64,000 bases of DNA from an uncultured Acidobacteriota bacterium (GTDB lineage: Bacteria; Acidobacteriota; Thermoanaerobaculia; Multivoradales; SZUA-115): assembly GCA_963805975.1 (NCBI GenBank), contig CAWDVR010000005.1, forward strand, positions 448,001 to 512,000. The letters are read 5' to 3'. Shown here in pieces: positions 16,600 through 29,816 of the stretch; within the stretch, counting starts at the first letter, position 1; the number at the start of each line of letters is the position of its first letter. The position numbers and the translations under genes were made by a program. A model generated the notes under the pieces. That model did no database searches and was not told where the DNA came from. It saw only the letters and a program-made list of their open reading frames with translations.

Positions 16600-18423
16600 A
16601 TGAAGACGCACCGTGTGAACCGAAACCCGTTGCTGGCGGCCGTCTGCTTGGGCTTGGTGGCTCTGCTCGCGGGCTGCTCGACCGATTCGCCCTCGGAGCC
16701 GACCCAGCAACCGGCACCGCCGGGCGGCGGTGGCGGCGGCGGGGGCAACAACTTCTCGATCAGCGTCGCCGCCGACCCCGCCACTCTGCCCGCCGGCACC
16801 GAGGAGCCGGCGACGATCACCGTCCAGGTGCGCCGGAGTGACAACGGCCAGGCCCCGGCCAACGGCACCACCATCGTGGTGACCACCTCGCTCGGCGAGC
16901 TGGGCTCCCTGGGCAGCGGCGTGACCTCGCGCGTTCTCTCACTGGTCAACGGCAACGCCCAGATCCTGCTCTTCCCCGGCCAGGTGCCCGGCACGGCCGT
17001 GGTCCAGGCGCGGCTCGAGGGCAGCGTCGGCCAGGCAAACGTCCGGGTGGAGACCGCGGCGACGTTCTTCGTCTCGTTCGTGCGGCCGAATCAGGGCACG
17101 CCCAACGGCGGCGATGTGGTGACCATCGAAGGCGGTGGCTTCACCGAGCCGGTGCGCGTGACCTTCGACGGCGTGGCGGCCCAGATTCTGGAGATCAACC
17201 CCAACCGCATTCGCGTGGTGACCCCACCGTCGACCGTGGCCGTGCCCTCGGGCACCACGCGGCCGGTCAACGTGGGTGTGACCGTCAACCTGAACGAGGA
17301 CGACGAGGACTCCGACACGCTGCAGAGCGGTTTCATCTACAGCCCCGGCGGCAGCGTCAGCCAGCCGACCGTGCTCTCCGTCAGCCCGGCTTCGGGCGTC
17401 AACGAAGGCGGTACGCGCGTCACCATCACCGGCCTGGGCTTCGCACCGCCGGTCCAGGTGCTGTTCGGCCAGGGAAACACCGCCGCCACCTTCAGCGGCG
17501 TGGAGGCTACGATCGAGTCGGCCAGCCAGTCACAGATCGTGGTCCGCACCCCGTCCGCCACCGGCTTTGGCCAGGACAACCAGAACCAGCTCGTCAACAT
17601 CCTGGTGCGCAACCTGCAAAATGGGTTCACCACCGTCTCCCAGTCCGCGTTCCGCTACGGCGCCACCATCCGCATCACCTCGGTGTCGCCGGGCCAGGTC
17701 GTCTTCGATTCGCAGGATACGGTGACCATCTTCGGCCAGGGCTTCGAGTCGCCGGTGACGGTGAACGTGGCCGGCATCCAGGCGACGGTCCTGAACGTCA
17801 GCGGGTCGGAGATCCGGGTGCGGGCGCCGATTCCGGTGATCTCGAACTGCGCGGGGGTGAGCGGACCGATCCAGGTGATCAACGTCAACAGCGGAGCCTC
17901 CGACACCACCAGCAGTCCCCCGGACCCGGTGATCGCGGACTTCCTCTTCAGCATCCCGTCGCCGATCGTCACCAGCGTCAGCCCGTCGAGCGGGAGCGGC
18001 AACGGCGGCACCAGTGTCACCATCTCCGGGACCGGCTTCGACGCGCCGGTGCGAGTGGTGTTCGGCGACGCGGCCGGTTCCGGGGGAGCTGTGAACGGCT
18101 CGGGCACATCGATCAGCGGCGTCCTGACGCCGTCGTTCTCAGACTTCGCGAGCGAACCCTGCGACGATTCGCCTGGCGACGGCCAGCAGGGCACACGCCT
18201 CCGCCGCGAGACCGTGGACGTGACGGTGACCAACCTGCTGACCGGTTGCGACGACACGCTGACCGGCGGCTTCACCTTCATCCCGCCGAACGAGAGCTGC
18301 GTTGGCGACGACGCACCGGTGGTGGCGCAGTGCAACGACGGGTTCGACAACGACAGCGACGGCTTCATCGACGCTCTCGACCCGCAGTGCACCGGGCCGA
18401 CCGATCCGAGCGAATCGGTGTAG
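16600..18423 (+). CDS. Lipoprotein with a Big-1-like domain, multiple IPT/TIG repeats and a C-terminal Cys/Asp-rich motif
   Basis: LLAGC lipobox, Gly-rich linker, repeated SVSPxSG...GGTxVTIxGxGF units, and terminal QCNDGFDNDSDGFIDALDPQC. Confidence 0.85.
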   Translation: MKTHRVNRNPLLAAVCLGLVALLAGCSTDSPSEPTQQPAPPGGGGGGGGNNFSISVAADPATLPAGTEEPATITVQVRRSDNGQAPANGTTIVVTTSLGELGSLGSGVTSRVLSLVNGNAQILLFPGQVPGTAVVQARLEGSVGQANVRVETAATFFVSFVRPNQGTPNGGDVVTIEGGGFTEPVRVTFDGVAAQILEINPNRIRVVTPPSTVAVPSGTTRPVNVGVTVNLNEDDEDSDTLQSGFIYSPGGSVSQPTVLSVSPASGVNEGGTRVTITGLGFAPPVQVLFGQGNTAATFSGVEATIESASQSQIVVRTPSATGFGQDNQNQLVNILVRNLQNGFTTVSQSAFRYGATIRITSVSPGQVVFDSQDTVTIFGQGFESPVTVNVAGIQATVLNVSGSEIRVRAPIPVISNCAGVSGPIQVINVNSGASDTTSSPPDPVIADFLFSIPSPIVTSVSPSSGSGNGGTSVTISGTGFDAPVRVVFGDAAGSGGAVNGSGTSISGVLTPSFSDFASEPCDDSPGDGQQGTRLRRETVDVTVTNLLTGCDDTLTGGFTFIPPNESCVGDDAPVVAQCNDGFDNDSDGFIDALDPQCTGPTDPSESV

Positions 18424-18452
18424 CGCGGTCGCGATTCATCGCGGCTCGTACC

Positions 18453-18487
18453 ACGGGGCGGTCTCCCAGACGGGGGCCGCCCCGTTT
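18453..18487 (+). terminator. Intrinsic terminator hairpin between the pil operon and acs
   Basis: acggggcggtctccc-aga-cgggggccgccccgt-tt. Confidence 0.7.
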
Positions 18488-18504
18488 GCGTTGGCGGCTC
18501 GGGC

Positions 18505-20436
<1,932 letters not shown>

Positions 20437-20478
20437 GCCGGCTCCTTTCTGCGGTGGCCGGCGGATCTTACCGCCGGA

Positions 20479-21318
20479 TCAGGGCGGCTGGAGCCGAGGC
20501 CCGGCCGGCCGTGCCATGAGGCCGCTGATCTTCGCGGAGAGGACCTCGGGCCGGATCGCTTCTCCGGCCGCGGTCAGGATCGCGGCCCGCTGCATCTCCT
20601 CTTCGAGCTCCTCGACGTTGCCGGGCCAGGCATAGCTCGCGAGCTGCGCCAAGGCGGCCTCGTGAATGCCGGCGAGGTGCTTGGCGTGGCGGATCATCGC
20701 CTGGCGCACGAAGTGACGGGCGAGCGCCGGAAGGTCCCCCAGCCGCTCGGCGAGCGCCGGTACCCGGAGGATGAAGGCCGAGAGCAGGGCCTGCAACGCG
20801 GTGGCGAGCGCCGGCCTGGAGGGTCCATGGGGCCGAGCTCCCCGGACCAGCGTACAGAGAACCCGCACGTTCGCCGTGTGCGTCACCGAGCCGCCCACGG
20901 GTACGACGCGTCGGGTCTCGAGGAACGCCTTCAAGGCTCCCTGGCTGGCCGGCGACAGGCTCTCCACCTCCTCGATCAGGAGGGTGCCGGCCTCTGCCAG
21001 GGCGACCAGGCCGGGGCGCCCGGCGAATGCGCCGGCGAAGGCCCCTTCCTCGAGACCGAAGACCTCGCCGTCGAACAGGGCCGGTGACACTTCCGCGGCG
21101 TTGACGGAGAGAAACGGTGCCGGAGAGCGCGGGCTCGCCAGGTGGAGGGCACGGGCCACGAGAGCCTTGCCGACCCCGGGCTCGCCCTCGATCAGCACCG
21201 GAGCGTCGAGCGCCGCCACGACCTCGATCTGGCGGAAGAGCTCGCGCATGATCGGTGTCTCGCCCACCAGGCTGAAGAAAGAGCCTGTGGCAGTCTGGGT
21301 TGAATGAGCGGCGGTCAC
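20479..21318 (-). CDS. Degenerate sigma54-interaction (bEBP AAA+) domain protein with no receiver and no HTH
   Basis: VLIEGEPGVGKALVA, GAFAGA, LLIEEV, WPGNVEEL. The start is uncertain (GTG 21318 chosen). Confidence 0.75.
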   Translation of the reverse strand: MTAAHSTQTATGSFFSLVGETPIMRELFRQIEVVAALDAPVLIEGEPGVGKALVARALHLASPRSPAPFLSVNAAEVSPALFDGEVFGLEEGAFAGAFAGRPGLVALAEAGTLLIEEVESLSPASQGALKAFLETRRVVPVGGSVTHTANVRVLCTLVRGARPHGPSRPALATALQALLSAFILRVPALAERLGDLPALARHFVRQAMIRHAKHLAGIHEAALAQLASYAWPGNVEELEEEMQRAAILTAAGEAIRPEVLSAKISGLMARPAGPRLQPP

Positions 21319-21478
21319 GATGCAGGCGCGCGGGGGCTGGAGCGTGCTCCCCCTCCTGGTGTGTGACTGTGTCGCTGGCCGCGATGGGAGAGACAGGGCT
21401 CGCCATCTTCGACCTCGCCGGCCTGGAAAGCGCGCACGCATATAATGGCGCTAGAGACTTAAACCGTAGCCGAAGAGC

Positions 21479-24412
21479 ATGCCGGATGCCCTCTTGTTCG
21501 GTGTCTTCGACAGGCGAGCCATGAGCCAGCCGCCAGGGATCGGAGGAGAACCCTCCGCGGTCACCGCCTCTTTCGAGGGGTCTGACCCCGCCTGTGCCGA
21601 CCCGGTCGCGGCGGTCGGCGGTCCCGAGAGCGCCGACTGGTTCCGCGTCCTGGCCGAGACCACCTCGACCGCCATCTTTGTCTACCGCGAGCGCATCCTG
21701 TGGGGCAACCGGGCCTTCGTCGAGCTGACCGGCTTCAGCCTCGAGGAGCTCACCGCCCTGAATGCGCTGGAGCTCGTCCACCCGGACTATCGCGACCTCA
21801 TCGCCCTGCGGCGCGACGCGCGCCTCAAGGGCGAGACCGCGCCGCGCCACTACGAGATGCCGATCATCACCCGCCGCGGCGAGGAGCGGTGGGTGCGCGT
21901 CACCGCCGGCAGCATCCGGTTCCAGGGCGAGATGGCCGGGTTGGGCACCGCCTTCGACATCACCGACCAGAAGCTTGCCGAGCTCGGGCTGCGGACCAGC
22001 GAAGAGTGGCTGCACATGGCGCAGAGCGCGGCCGGCATCATCACCTGGGACTGGAGCCTGCTGACCGATGCGATCCTCATCACCAAGGCGGCTCCGGTCT
22101 TGCTCGGCCTCACCGAGAGCGAGCTGCCGCGAACCTCCGCGGAGCTCTTCGAGCGCTGGGTCCATCCGGAAGACCGGGAGCGAGTGCTCGAGGCGGTCCA
22201 AAAAACGCTCCACGAGGGCAGCGACCTGGTCATCGAGCACCGCTTCCTCTCGCCCCGGACCGGCCTGCGCTGGCTCGCCGTCCGCGGGCAGGCGATCCGG
22301 GACGAGAGCGGCTGGGTGGTGCGCATGGTGGGCGTCTCCGCCGACATCACCGAGCGCAAGGAGGCCGAGATCGCGCTGCGCGAGAGCAGCGACCGCCTGC
22401 GCCTGATGGTGGAGCAGATGCCGGCCGTGCTGTGGACCACCGACCGCGAGCTGCGCTTCACCTCGAGCGTGGGTGCGGGCCTGGCCGACCTGGGACTCGC
22501 GCCCAACGAGGTGGTGGGATGCGACGCCATTGAATACGTCTCGGTACAGGTGCCGGAGGGGGCAGTGATCGACGCTCACCGCCGCGCCCTGGCCGGCGAG
22601 TCCGTCTCCTACGAGCAGGCCTGGGACGGTCACTTCTACCAGGCGCACATCGAGCCGCTGCGCGACGCGGAAGGCGAGATCGCGGGCACCATCGGCATCG
22701 CCCTCGACGTCACCGAGCGGCGGCAGGTGGAAGAGGCGCTGCGGCGCGAGCGCGAGCGCGCCGACATCACCCTCGCCTCGATCGACGACGGAGTCATCCG
22801 CACCAACCCCACGGGCCAGGTCGAGTACCTGAACCCGGTGGCCGAGCGGCTGACCGGCATGACGAGCGACGCGGCGCGCGGGCAGGCGCTCGACGAGATC
22901 TATCGCGTCTTCGACGAGGAGAGCCGGAAGCCGCTCCTGAACCCCCTGGCGCGCTGCCTGCGCGAAGGCCGGCCGGTGATGCTGCCGGGACGCCGGATCA
23001 TGATTGCGAGAGACGGTGGCGAGGTCTCGATCCGCGATTCGGCGGCACCCATCCGCGATGCCGACGGCAACATCCTGGGTGCCGTGCTCGCCTTCAAGGA
23101 CGTCACCGTGGTGCGCGACATGGAACGCGCCATGAGCCACCTCGCCAACCACGACGGCCTCACCGGCCTGCTCAACCGCACCGCCTTCGAGCGCCGCCTG
23201 GCGCACGCGCTCGAGGCTTCGGAGGCCTCCGGCAAGCCGCTCTCGGTGCTGCAGCTCGACCTCGGTCAGCTCAAGGTGGTCAACGACACCTGCGGCCATT
23301 GGGCGGGCGACGAGATGCTGCGCCACGTCTCCCGCCTGCTCACCAGCCTCGCTCCGGCCCAGAGCTCGGTCTCACGCCTGGGCGCCGAGGAGTTCGGTGT
23401 CCTGTTCGAGGAGGTTGGGGCGGGCGAGGCGCGGCAGCGCACCGCCGCGCTGCGCTCGGCGCTCGAGGAGTACCGCTTCGTCTGGGAGGACCGGAGCTTC
23501 GAGGTGCGCGCCGGCTTCGGGCTCGCGACCGCCACCTCGGGTGCCACGGTCTCCGGCCTGATGATCGCCATCGACATCGCCTGCATGCTGGCCAAGGAGA
23601 GCGGCCGGCATCAGATCCACGAGTACCAGGCCGACGACGAGCGGCTCATCGAGCGCTACGGCGAGATGCACTGGATCCACCGCATCTACAAGGCGCTCCA
23701 GAACGAGCGCTTCCGCCTCTACTGCCAGCCGATCCGGCCGCTGGTCCACGCCGAGGAGGATGGCCTCGTGGGCGAGGTGCTGCTCCGGCTGGTGGGCGAC
23801 GACGGCGAGCTGGTGCTGCCTCGCACCTTCGTGCCCGCGGCCGAGCGCTATCGCCTGATGTCGCTCATCGACCGCTGGGTGGTGAGCCGGAGCTTCAGCA
23901 CCCTGGCGCGGGGCGCCGCAGTGGGGGGCCGCAGCCTGTCGCGGTTGGCGATCAACCTCTCCGGCGAGTCGCTCGACGAGGAATCGTTCCTCGACTTCGT
24001 GATCGAGCAGCTCGAAGAGACCGGGCTGCCGGCGAACCGCATCCTCTTCGAGATCACCGAGACCGCGGCGATCGCCAACCTGGCCGGCGCCATGCGCTTC
24101 ATCTCGGAGCTCCAGGACCGCGGTGCCGCCTTCGTCCTCGACGACTTCGGCAGCGGCCTCTCCTCCTTCGCCTACTTGAAGAACCTGCCCGTCGACTACC
24201 TGAAGATCGCCGGCGAGTTCGTGCGCGGCATGGCCGACAGCCCCATGCACCGCATCCTGGTGCGCTCGATCAACCAGGTCGGCCACGAGCTGGGCTTGAA
24301 GACCATCGCCGAAGGGGTCGAGACCCCCGAGATGCTCGCCGAGCTCGAAGAGATGCAGATCGACTACGTACAGGGCTACTGGATCGCACGGCCCGAGCCG
24401 CTGGAGGGGTAG
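21479..24412 (+). CDS. Multi-PAS GGDEF-EAL protein, probably a c-di-GMP phosphodiesterase
   Basis: Four PAS/PAC units (DITD/DITE ends), degenerate GAEEF, and EAL motifs EVL, INLS, FEITE, DDFGSG, AEGVE, QGY. Confidence 0.92.
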   Translation: MPDALLFGVFDRRAMSQPPGIGGEPSAVTASFEGSDPACADPVAAVGGPESADWFRVLAETTSTAIFVYRERILWGNRAFVELTGFSLEELTALNALELVHPDYRDLIALRRDARLKGETAPRHYEMPIITRRGEERWVRVTAGSIRFQGEMAGLGTAFDITDQKLAELGLRTSEEWLHMAQSAAGIITWDWSLLTDAILITKAAPVLLGLTESELPRTSAELFERWVHPEDRERVLEAVQKTLHEGSDLVIEHRFLSPRTGLRWLAVRGQAIRDESGWVVRMVGVSADITERKEAEIALRESSDRLRLMVEQMPAVLWTTDRELRFTSSVGAGLADLGLAPNEVVGCDAIEYVSVQVPEGAVIDAHRRALAGESVSYEQAWDGHFYQAHIEPLRDAEGEIAGTIGIALDVTERRQVEEALRRERERADITLASIDDGVIRTNPTGQVEYLNPVAERLTGMTSDAARGQALDEIYRVFDEESRKPLLNPLARCLREGRPVMLPGRRIMIARDGGEVSIRDSAAPIRDADGNILGAVLAFKDVTVVRDMERAMSHLANHDGLTGLLNRTAFERRLAHALEASEASGKPLSVLQLDLGQLKVVNDTCGHWAGDEMLRHVSRLLTSLAPAQSSVSRLGAEEFGVLFEEVGAGEARQRTAALRSALEEYRFVWEDRSFEVRAGFGLATATSGATVSGLMIAIDIACMLAKESGRHQIHEYQADDERLIERYGEMHWIHRIYKALQNERFRLYCQPIRPLVHAEEDGLVGEVLLRLVGDDGELVLPRTFVPAAERYRLMSLIDRWVVSRSFSTLARGAAVGGRSLSRLAINLSGESLDEESFLDFVIEQLEETGLPANRILFEITETAAIANLAGAMRFISELQDRGAAFVLDDFGSGLSSFAYLKNLPVDYLKIAGEFVRGMADSPMHRILVRSINQVGHELGLKTIAEGVETPEMLAELEEMQIDYVQGYWIARPEPLEG

Positions 24413-24486
24413 GGCGAGCGTCGTTGGGTACGCTACACTTGGTTGCAGCCGCCAGCCAACAGTGCAAGCGGCCAGCGAGGTGAGAA

Positions 24487-24726
24487 ATGTACGCGCTCTA
24501 CAAGCTCCGAGCCAACGAGTTGGATGAGGCCTTTGTCGAGACAGTGAAGAGTCAGTTTGGTGATCGGGAGATCGAGGTCGCGGTGTGCGAGACGACAGAA
24601 GCCCAGGAGGATGAGACCGCCTTTCTGCTCCGTTCGCCCGCCAATCGCGAGCGGCTGCTCGAGGCCCTGCGGAACATCGAACAGGACCGTGATCTCGTCA
24701 CCCTTGAGGTCCAGGATCTCCGGTGA
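24487..24726 (+). CDS. Antitoxin with YefM-like C-terminus
   Basis: ETAFLLRSPANRERLLEAL is the YefM-type toxin-binding segment; the gene overlaps the toxin start. Confidence 0.8.
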   Translation: MYALYKLRANELDEAFVETVKSQFGDREIEVAVCETTEAQEDETAFLLRSPANRERLLEALRNIEQDRDLVTLEVQDLR

Positions 24727-24983
24727 AGAAGATCGCCTTCGAAAAGACCGCTTTCGAGGACTTCACGGACTGGGCGACGACCGACAAGCAGATCCATCGC
24801 CGCATCTCGGCGCTCATATTGGACATCCTCCGCCAGCCGTTCACCGGACTCGGCAAACCCGAGCCGCTCCGCCACGAGCTCCAGGGCTATTGGTCACGCC
24901 GGATCAACGAGGAGCACCGACTCGTCTACAAAGTCGATGGTGAGGCGGTGACGATCGCGTCGTGCCGATACCACTACCGGTGA
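24723..24983 (+). CDS. yoeB: Txe/YoeB family toxin
   Basis: PFTGLGKPEPLRHELQGYWSRRINEEHRLVY...CRYHY. Confidence 0.95.
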   Translation: MKKIAFEKTAFEDFTDWATTDKQIHRRISALILDILRQPFTGLGKPEPLRHELQGYWSRRINEEHRLVYKVDGEAVTIASCRYHYR

Positions 24984-24989
24984 GGCCCT

Positions 24990-26807
<1,818 letters not shown>

Positions 26808-26851
26808 CGATGAAAGTCCTTTCGTTTTTGCTCCGGCCAAAACCTACCACC

Positions 26852-27817
26852 TCAAGCGAGGCCCAGCACCGCCGCCGCCAGCTTGGCCGGATCGTGGCGG
26901 ATGAGGTCGCCAGCAGCCAGAAGGTCGGCCGCCACCACTTTCATTCCCCGCGCCCCGATGGCCTGGGCGTCCACCGCCACCGGCCGCGCCCCGGAGGCGG
27001 CGTAGAGCTCGAGCCGGTCCTCCGGCAAGGGGGCGCTGCTCGCCAGCACGACGTCCACGAGCCCGGCACCGGCGTGCTCCTCGATCGCCGCCAGGTGGTC
27101 GAGGCCGGACATGCCGTCGGTCTCGCCCGGCTGGGTCATCAGGTTGAGCACCAGCACGACCGGTGCGCGGGAGGCGGCCAGGGCCTCACGGATGCCGGGG
27201 ATCAGGAGGTTGGGGAGGATCGAGGTGTAGAGCGAGCCCGGACCGAGCACCACCAGATCGGCGTTCGCCAGCGCTTCCACCGCCGCCGGGAAGGCCGGCG
27301 GTGCGGCGGGCTCGAGCTCGAGCGCCACCAGGCGCTCGCCGGCCGCGCCGATCGCGGACTCGCCCGCGTAGTGCCGCCCCGAGGCGCCGCGCGCCCCCAG
27401 CCGCACGTCGGTGAGGGTCGCGGGGAGGATCTTCCCGCGCACCGAGAGCACCGACTCCGCGGTGAGGATCGCCTGATAGAAGTCGCCGGTGATGCCGGCG
27501 AGCGCGGTCAGGAAGAGGTTGCCGAAGGAGTGGCCCGACAGCCCGCCGCCGTTGGCGAAGCGGTACTGGAAGAGCCGGGTGAGGAGGTCTTCGTCGTCCG
27601 CCAGGGCGGCGATGCAGTTCCTGATGTCGCCCGGCGGCAGGACGCCGAAGTCGCGCCGCAGGCGGCCGGAGGAGCCGCCGTCGTCCGTCACCGTGACCAC
27701 CGCGCGCAGCCGCTCGGCGGGCAGCCGGCCCTTGAGGCCGCGCAGCAGCACGGCGAGGCCGGTGCCGCCGCCGACGGCGGTCAGCGAGCTGGTGACTAGA
27801 TCTGCTGCGCGAGTCAT
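26852..27817 (-). CDS. yvcK: YvcK/GlmR (UPF0052, CofD-like) protein
   Basis: [59 protein letters not shown]. Confidence 0.93.
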   Translation of the reverse strand: MTRAADLVTSSLTAVGGGTGLAVLLRGLKGRLPAERLRAVVTVTDDGGSSGRLRRDFGVLPPGDIRNCIAALADDEDLLTRLFQYRFANGGGLSGHSFGNLFLTALAGITGDFYQAILTAESVLSVRGKILPATLTDVRLGARGASGRHYAGESAIGAAGERLVALELEPAAPPAFPAAVEALANADLVVLGPGSLYTSILPNLLIPGIREALAASRAPVVLVLNLMTQPGETDGMSGLDHLAAIEEHAGAGLVDVVLASSAPLPEDRLELYAASGARPVAVDAQAIGARGMKVVAADLLAAGDLIRHDPAKLAAAVLGLA

Positions 27818-27932
27818 CTGCTGCGTCGCGGGACCTCCCGGGAATCCTCACCTACCACCGTGTAGGTTCCGGTTCCCGGGTCCTCCCGCTCCTCGCATCT
27901 GACCCGCTCGCGACGATCTCCTCACCAGCTCG
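27785..27932. repeat. 148-nt imperfect palindromic element (REPIN/MITE-like)
   Basis: Nested inverted pairs: cgagctggtga/tcaccagctcg, agatc/gatct, gcggga/tcccgc, cccgggaa/ttcccggg, acctac/gtaggt. It abuts the TAA stop of the upstream gene. Confidence 0.8.
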
Positions 27933-28565
27933 TTACTCGAGGCCGAAGAGCGGAGCGTGTTCCTGCCGCTTGCGCAGCTCGACGAAGTCGGGGTCGTGGA
28001 AGGCGTGCACGCGGTTCACGGGGTTGGCCTCGATCGCCTTGGTGAGCGCCTTGACGGCGTCCGCCTGGCGGTCGGACAGGGCGTGGATCGAGGCCGCGAG
28101 ATAGAGGAACCGCTCGTCCTTGGGCCCTGCCTCGCGGCAGATCTCGAGCGCCTCGGCGAGGTCGCCCCGGTTCTTCAGGAACACCGCCTTGACGTAGGGC
28201 TCCGCTTCGCTGGGAGCGGCGCCGGCGGCCCGTGTCTGGGCGGTGCGCAGGTACTGCCGCGCCCGGCCCACCAGCTCCGGCAGATCGCTTTTCTCGATCA
28301 CCGCCGCGAGGCGCTTCTCGGCCTCCGCCCACTTACCCTTGTAGAGGGCCTTCACCCCGGCCTCGAAGTCTTCCATCTGGGGGTCCGGTCCGCGGCCGGC
28401 GCCGGCCGCGTCCTCTTTGGCCGAGACTTTGAGCTCGGCGAGCTTGGCGCGCACCGCCTCCACATCCGTGCCGAAACGCTTTGCCAGCTCGGCGATCTTC
28501 TTCGTCGGCGCAAAGCGCTTCAGGTAGTTGACATCCGTGGTCGACCAGCGTTTCTTGGTGGGCAT
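27933..28565 (-). CDS. Small TPR-repeat protein with an N-terminal HTH-like segment
   Basis: N-terminal WSTTDVNYLKR...IAELAKRFGT, then TPR-like helices (FEAGVKALYKGKWAEA; YLAASIHAL...AVKALTKAIEANP...DPDFVELR). Confidence 0.75.
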   Translation of the reverse strand: MPTKKRWSTTDVNYLKRFAPTKKIAELAKRFGTDVEAVRAKLAELKVSAKEDAAGAGRGPDPQMEDFEAGVKALYKGKWAEAEKRLAAVIEKSDLPELVGRARQYLRTAQTRAAGAAPSEAEPYVKAVFLKNRGDLAEALEICREAGPKDERFLYLAASIHALSDRQADAVKALTKAIEANPVNRVHAFHDPDFVELRKRQEHAPLFGLE

Positions 28566-28575
28566 GGCTCTCGGT

Positions 28576-29160
28576 TCACCGCTTTTTGAGGTCTATGAGG
28601 ATTTGCTTGGCCACCGACTTCAGGGTGTCGAAGACGCCGACGCCGGTGGTGGCGACCGCCTCGAAGGTGGGCTCGCGCTTGAAGTTGAGCACGCGGTACA
28701 TCTCCTCGGCCGGCACCACCTCGGGCAGGTCCCGCTTGTTGAACTGCAGGGCGTAGGGAATGGTGGTCAGCTCGAGGCCGTGATCCTTCAAGTTCAACGA
28801 GAGGTTGCGGATCGACTCGATGTTGGCCTCCATCCGCACCTCCTGGCTGTCCGCCACGAAGACCACGCCGTCCACCCCTTTGAGGATCAGCTTGCGGGAG
28901 GCGTCGTAGAACACCTGGCCCGGCACCGTGTAGAGATGGAAGCGGGTGGTGAAGCCACGGATGGTGCCGAGGTCGAGCGGCAGGAAGTCGAAGAACAGAG
29001 TGCGGTCCGCCTCGGTGGCGAGCGAGATCATCTTGCCCCGCGCCTCGGGCGCCGTCTTGCCGTAGATGTACTGCAGGTTGGTCGTCTTCCCACACAGGCC
29101 GGGGCCGTAGTAGACGATCTTGCAGTTGATCTCCTTGGCGGCGTAATTGATGAAGGTCAT
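28576..29160 (-). CDS. mglA: Small Ras-like GTPase MglA
   Basis: [42 protein letters not shown]; closely resembles myxobacterial MglA. Confidence 0.96.
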   Translation of the reverse strand: MTFINYAAKEINCKIVYYGPGLCGKTTNLQYIYGKTAPEARGKMISLATEADRTLFFDFLPLDLGTIRGFTTRFHLYTVPGQVFYDASRKLILKGVDGVVFVADSQEVRMEANIESIRNLSLNLKDHGLELTTIPYALQFNKRDLPEVVPAEEMYRVLNFKREPTFEAVATTGVGVFDTLKSVAKQILIDLKKR

Positions 29161-29223
29161 ACAGGTTGGAGGCTTGCGGGTTCCCCGGCCGGTGCACGCC
29201 GAGGGCCGCGGCCCGTTCGGGGT

Positions 29224-29718
29224 CTATTCACTGAACAGGGCGTCGATGTCCTCGTCCGTGATCTCGGCGAACGGGCTGACGGGGCCGGCGCCCACGCCGA
29301 CGGCTTCGCTGCGGGAAACCATCGACTCGAAGATCCGCTCGAGCTCGCCGCTCGCCCGCTTGACCCGCAGGCGCACCAGGCCGAGGGAAGAGCGATCGTC
29401 GAAGATCACCACCAGGATGGCCCGCTTGGAGACGATCGAAATGTGGATGTGGTCTTGCTGGCCCTCGTGGAAGAGGACCGAGAACTCGCGCTCGCCGATC
29501 AGCTTGGCCAGGCCGTCGGTGGCGGCCACGTTGCCGGCGGTCAGCGAGGCCAGGGAAGTGGTGTCGAACTGCTCGATCTCGCCGGCGGCGGCGATCTGCT
29601 GCCCGTTCTTGTCGATCAGGAAGACGGCGCGGCTGTTCGAGTCCTGCCGCAGCCTTCGCAGCCCCTCGTCCAGCAGCCTATGCTCTTCTTCGAAGAGCAT
29701 GAAATCAGCGCCTGACAC
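29224..29718 (-). CDS. mglB: Roadblock/LC7 GTPase-activating protein MglB
   Basis: VFLIDKNGQ, DTTSLASLTAGNVAAT, FDDRSSLGLVRLRVK, FAEITDEDIDALF; start GTG 29718. Confidence 0.95.
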   Translation of the reverse strand: MSGADFMLFEEEHRLLDEGLRRLRQDSNSRAVFLIDKNGQQIAAAGEIEQFDTTSLASLTAGNVAATDGLAKLIGEREFSVLFHEGQQDHIHISIVSKRAILVVIFDDRSSLGLVRLRVKRASGELERIFESMVSRSEAVGVGAGPVSPFAEITDEDIDALFSE

Positions 29719-29816
29719 TCTGGATCCTTTCTTTGCCGGGCGGGCTCGGTGAGCTGCCAAGTCCTTCGAGGGCGGGATTCTACGTCATCCGGCGGGGCCG
29801 GCGAAAGCGAGGCGGG

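Noticed and set aside
16722-16746. Poly-Gly tract as a phase-variation site
   Set aside because: It is encoded by mixed GGC/GGT/GGG codons and fits a typical flexible lipoprotein tether.
21423-21440. Sigma54 promoter upstream of the GGDEF-EAL gene
   Set aside because: The GG-to-GC spacing is off by one. The adjacent TATAAT (21441) suggests sigma70 instead.
20468-23326. Very long antisense or alternate-frame ORFs (e.g. 952 aa here, 1208 aa at 50039-53665, 856 aa at 18517-21087)
   Set aside because: These are shadow ORFs typical of high-GC coding DNA. They have no motifs and fully overlap well-supported genes.
26808-26851. glmS ribozyme upstream of glmS
   Set aside because: Only 44 nt separate yvcK from glmS and no ribozyme core is visible. 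The hairpin at 27785-27932 is a simple nested palindrome.
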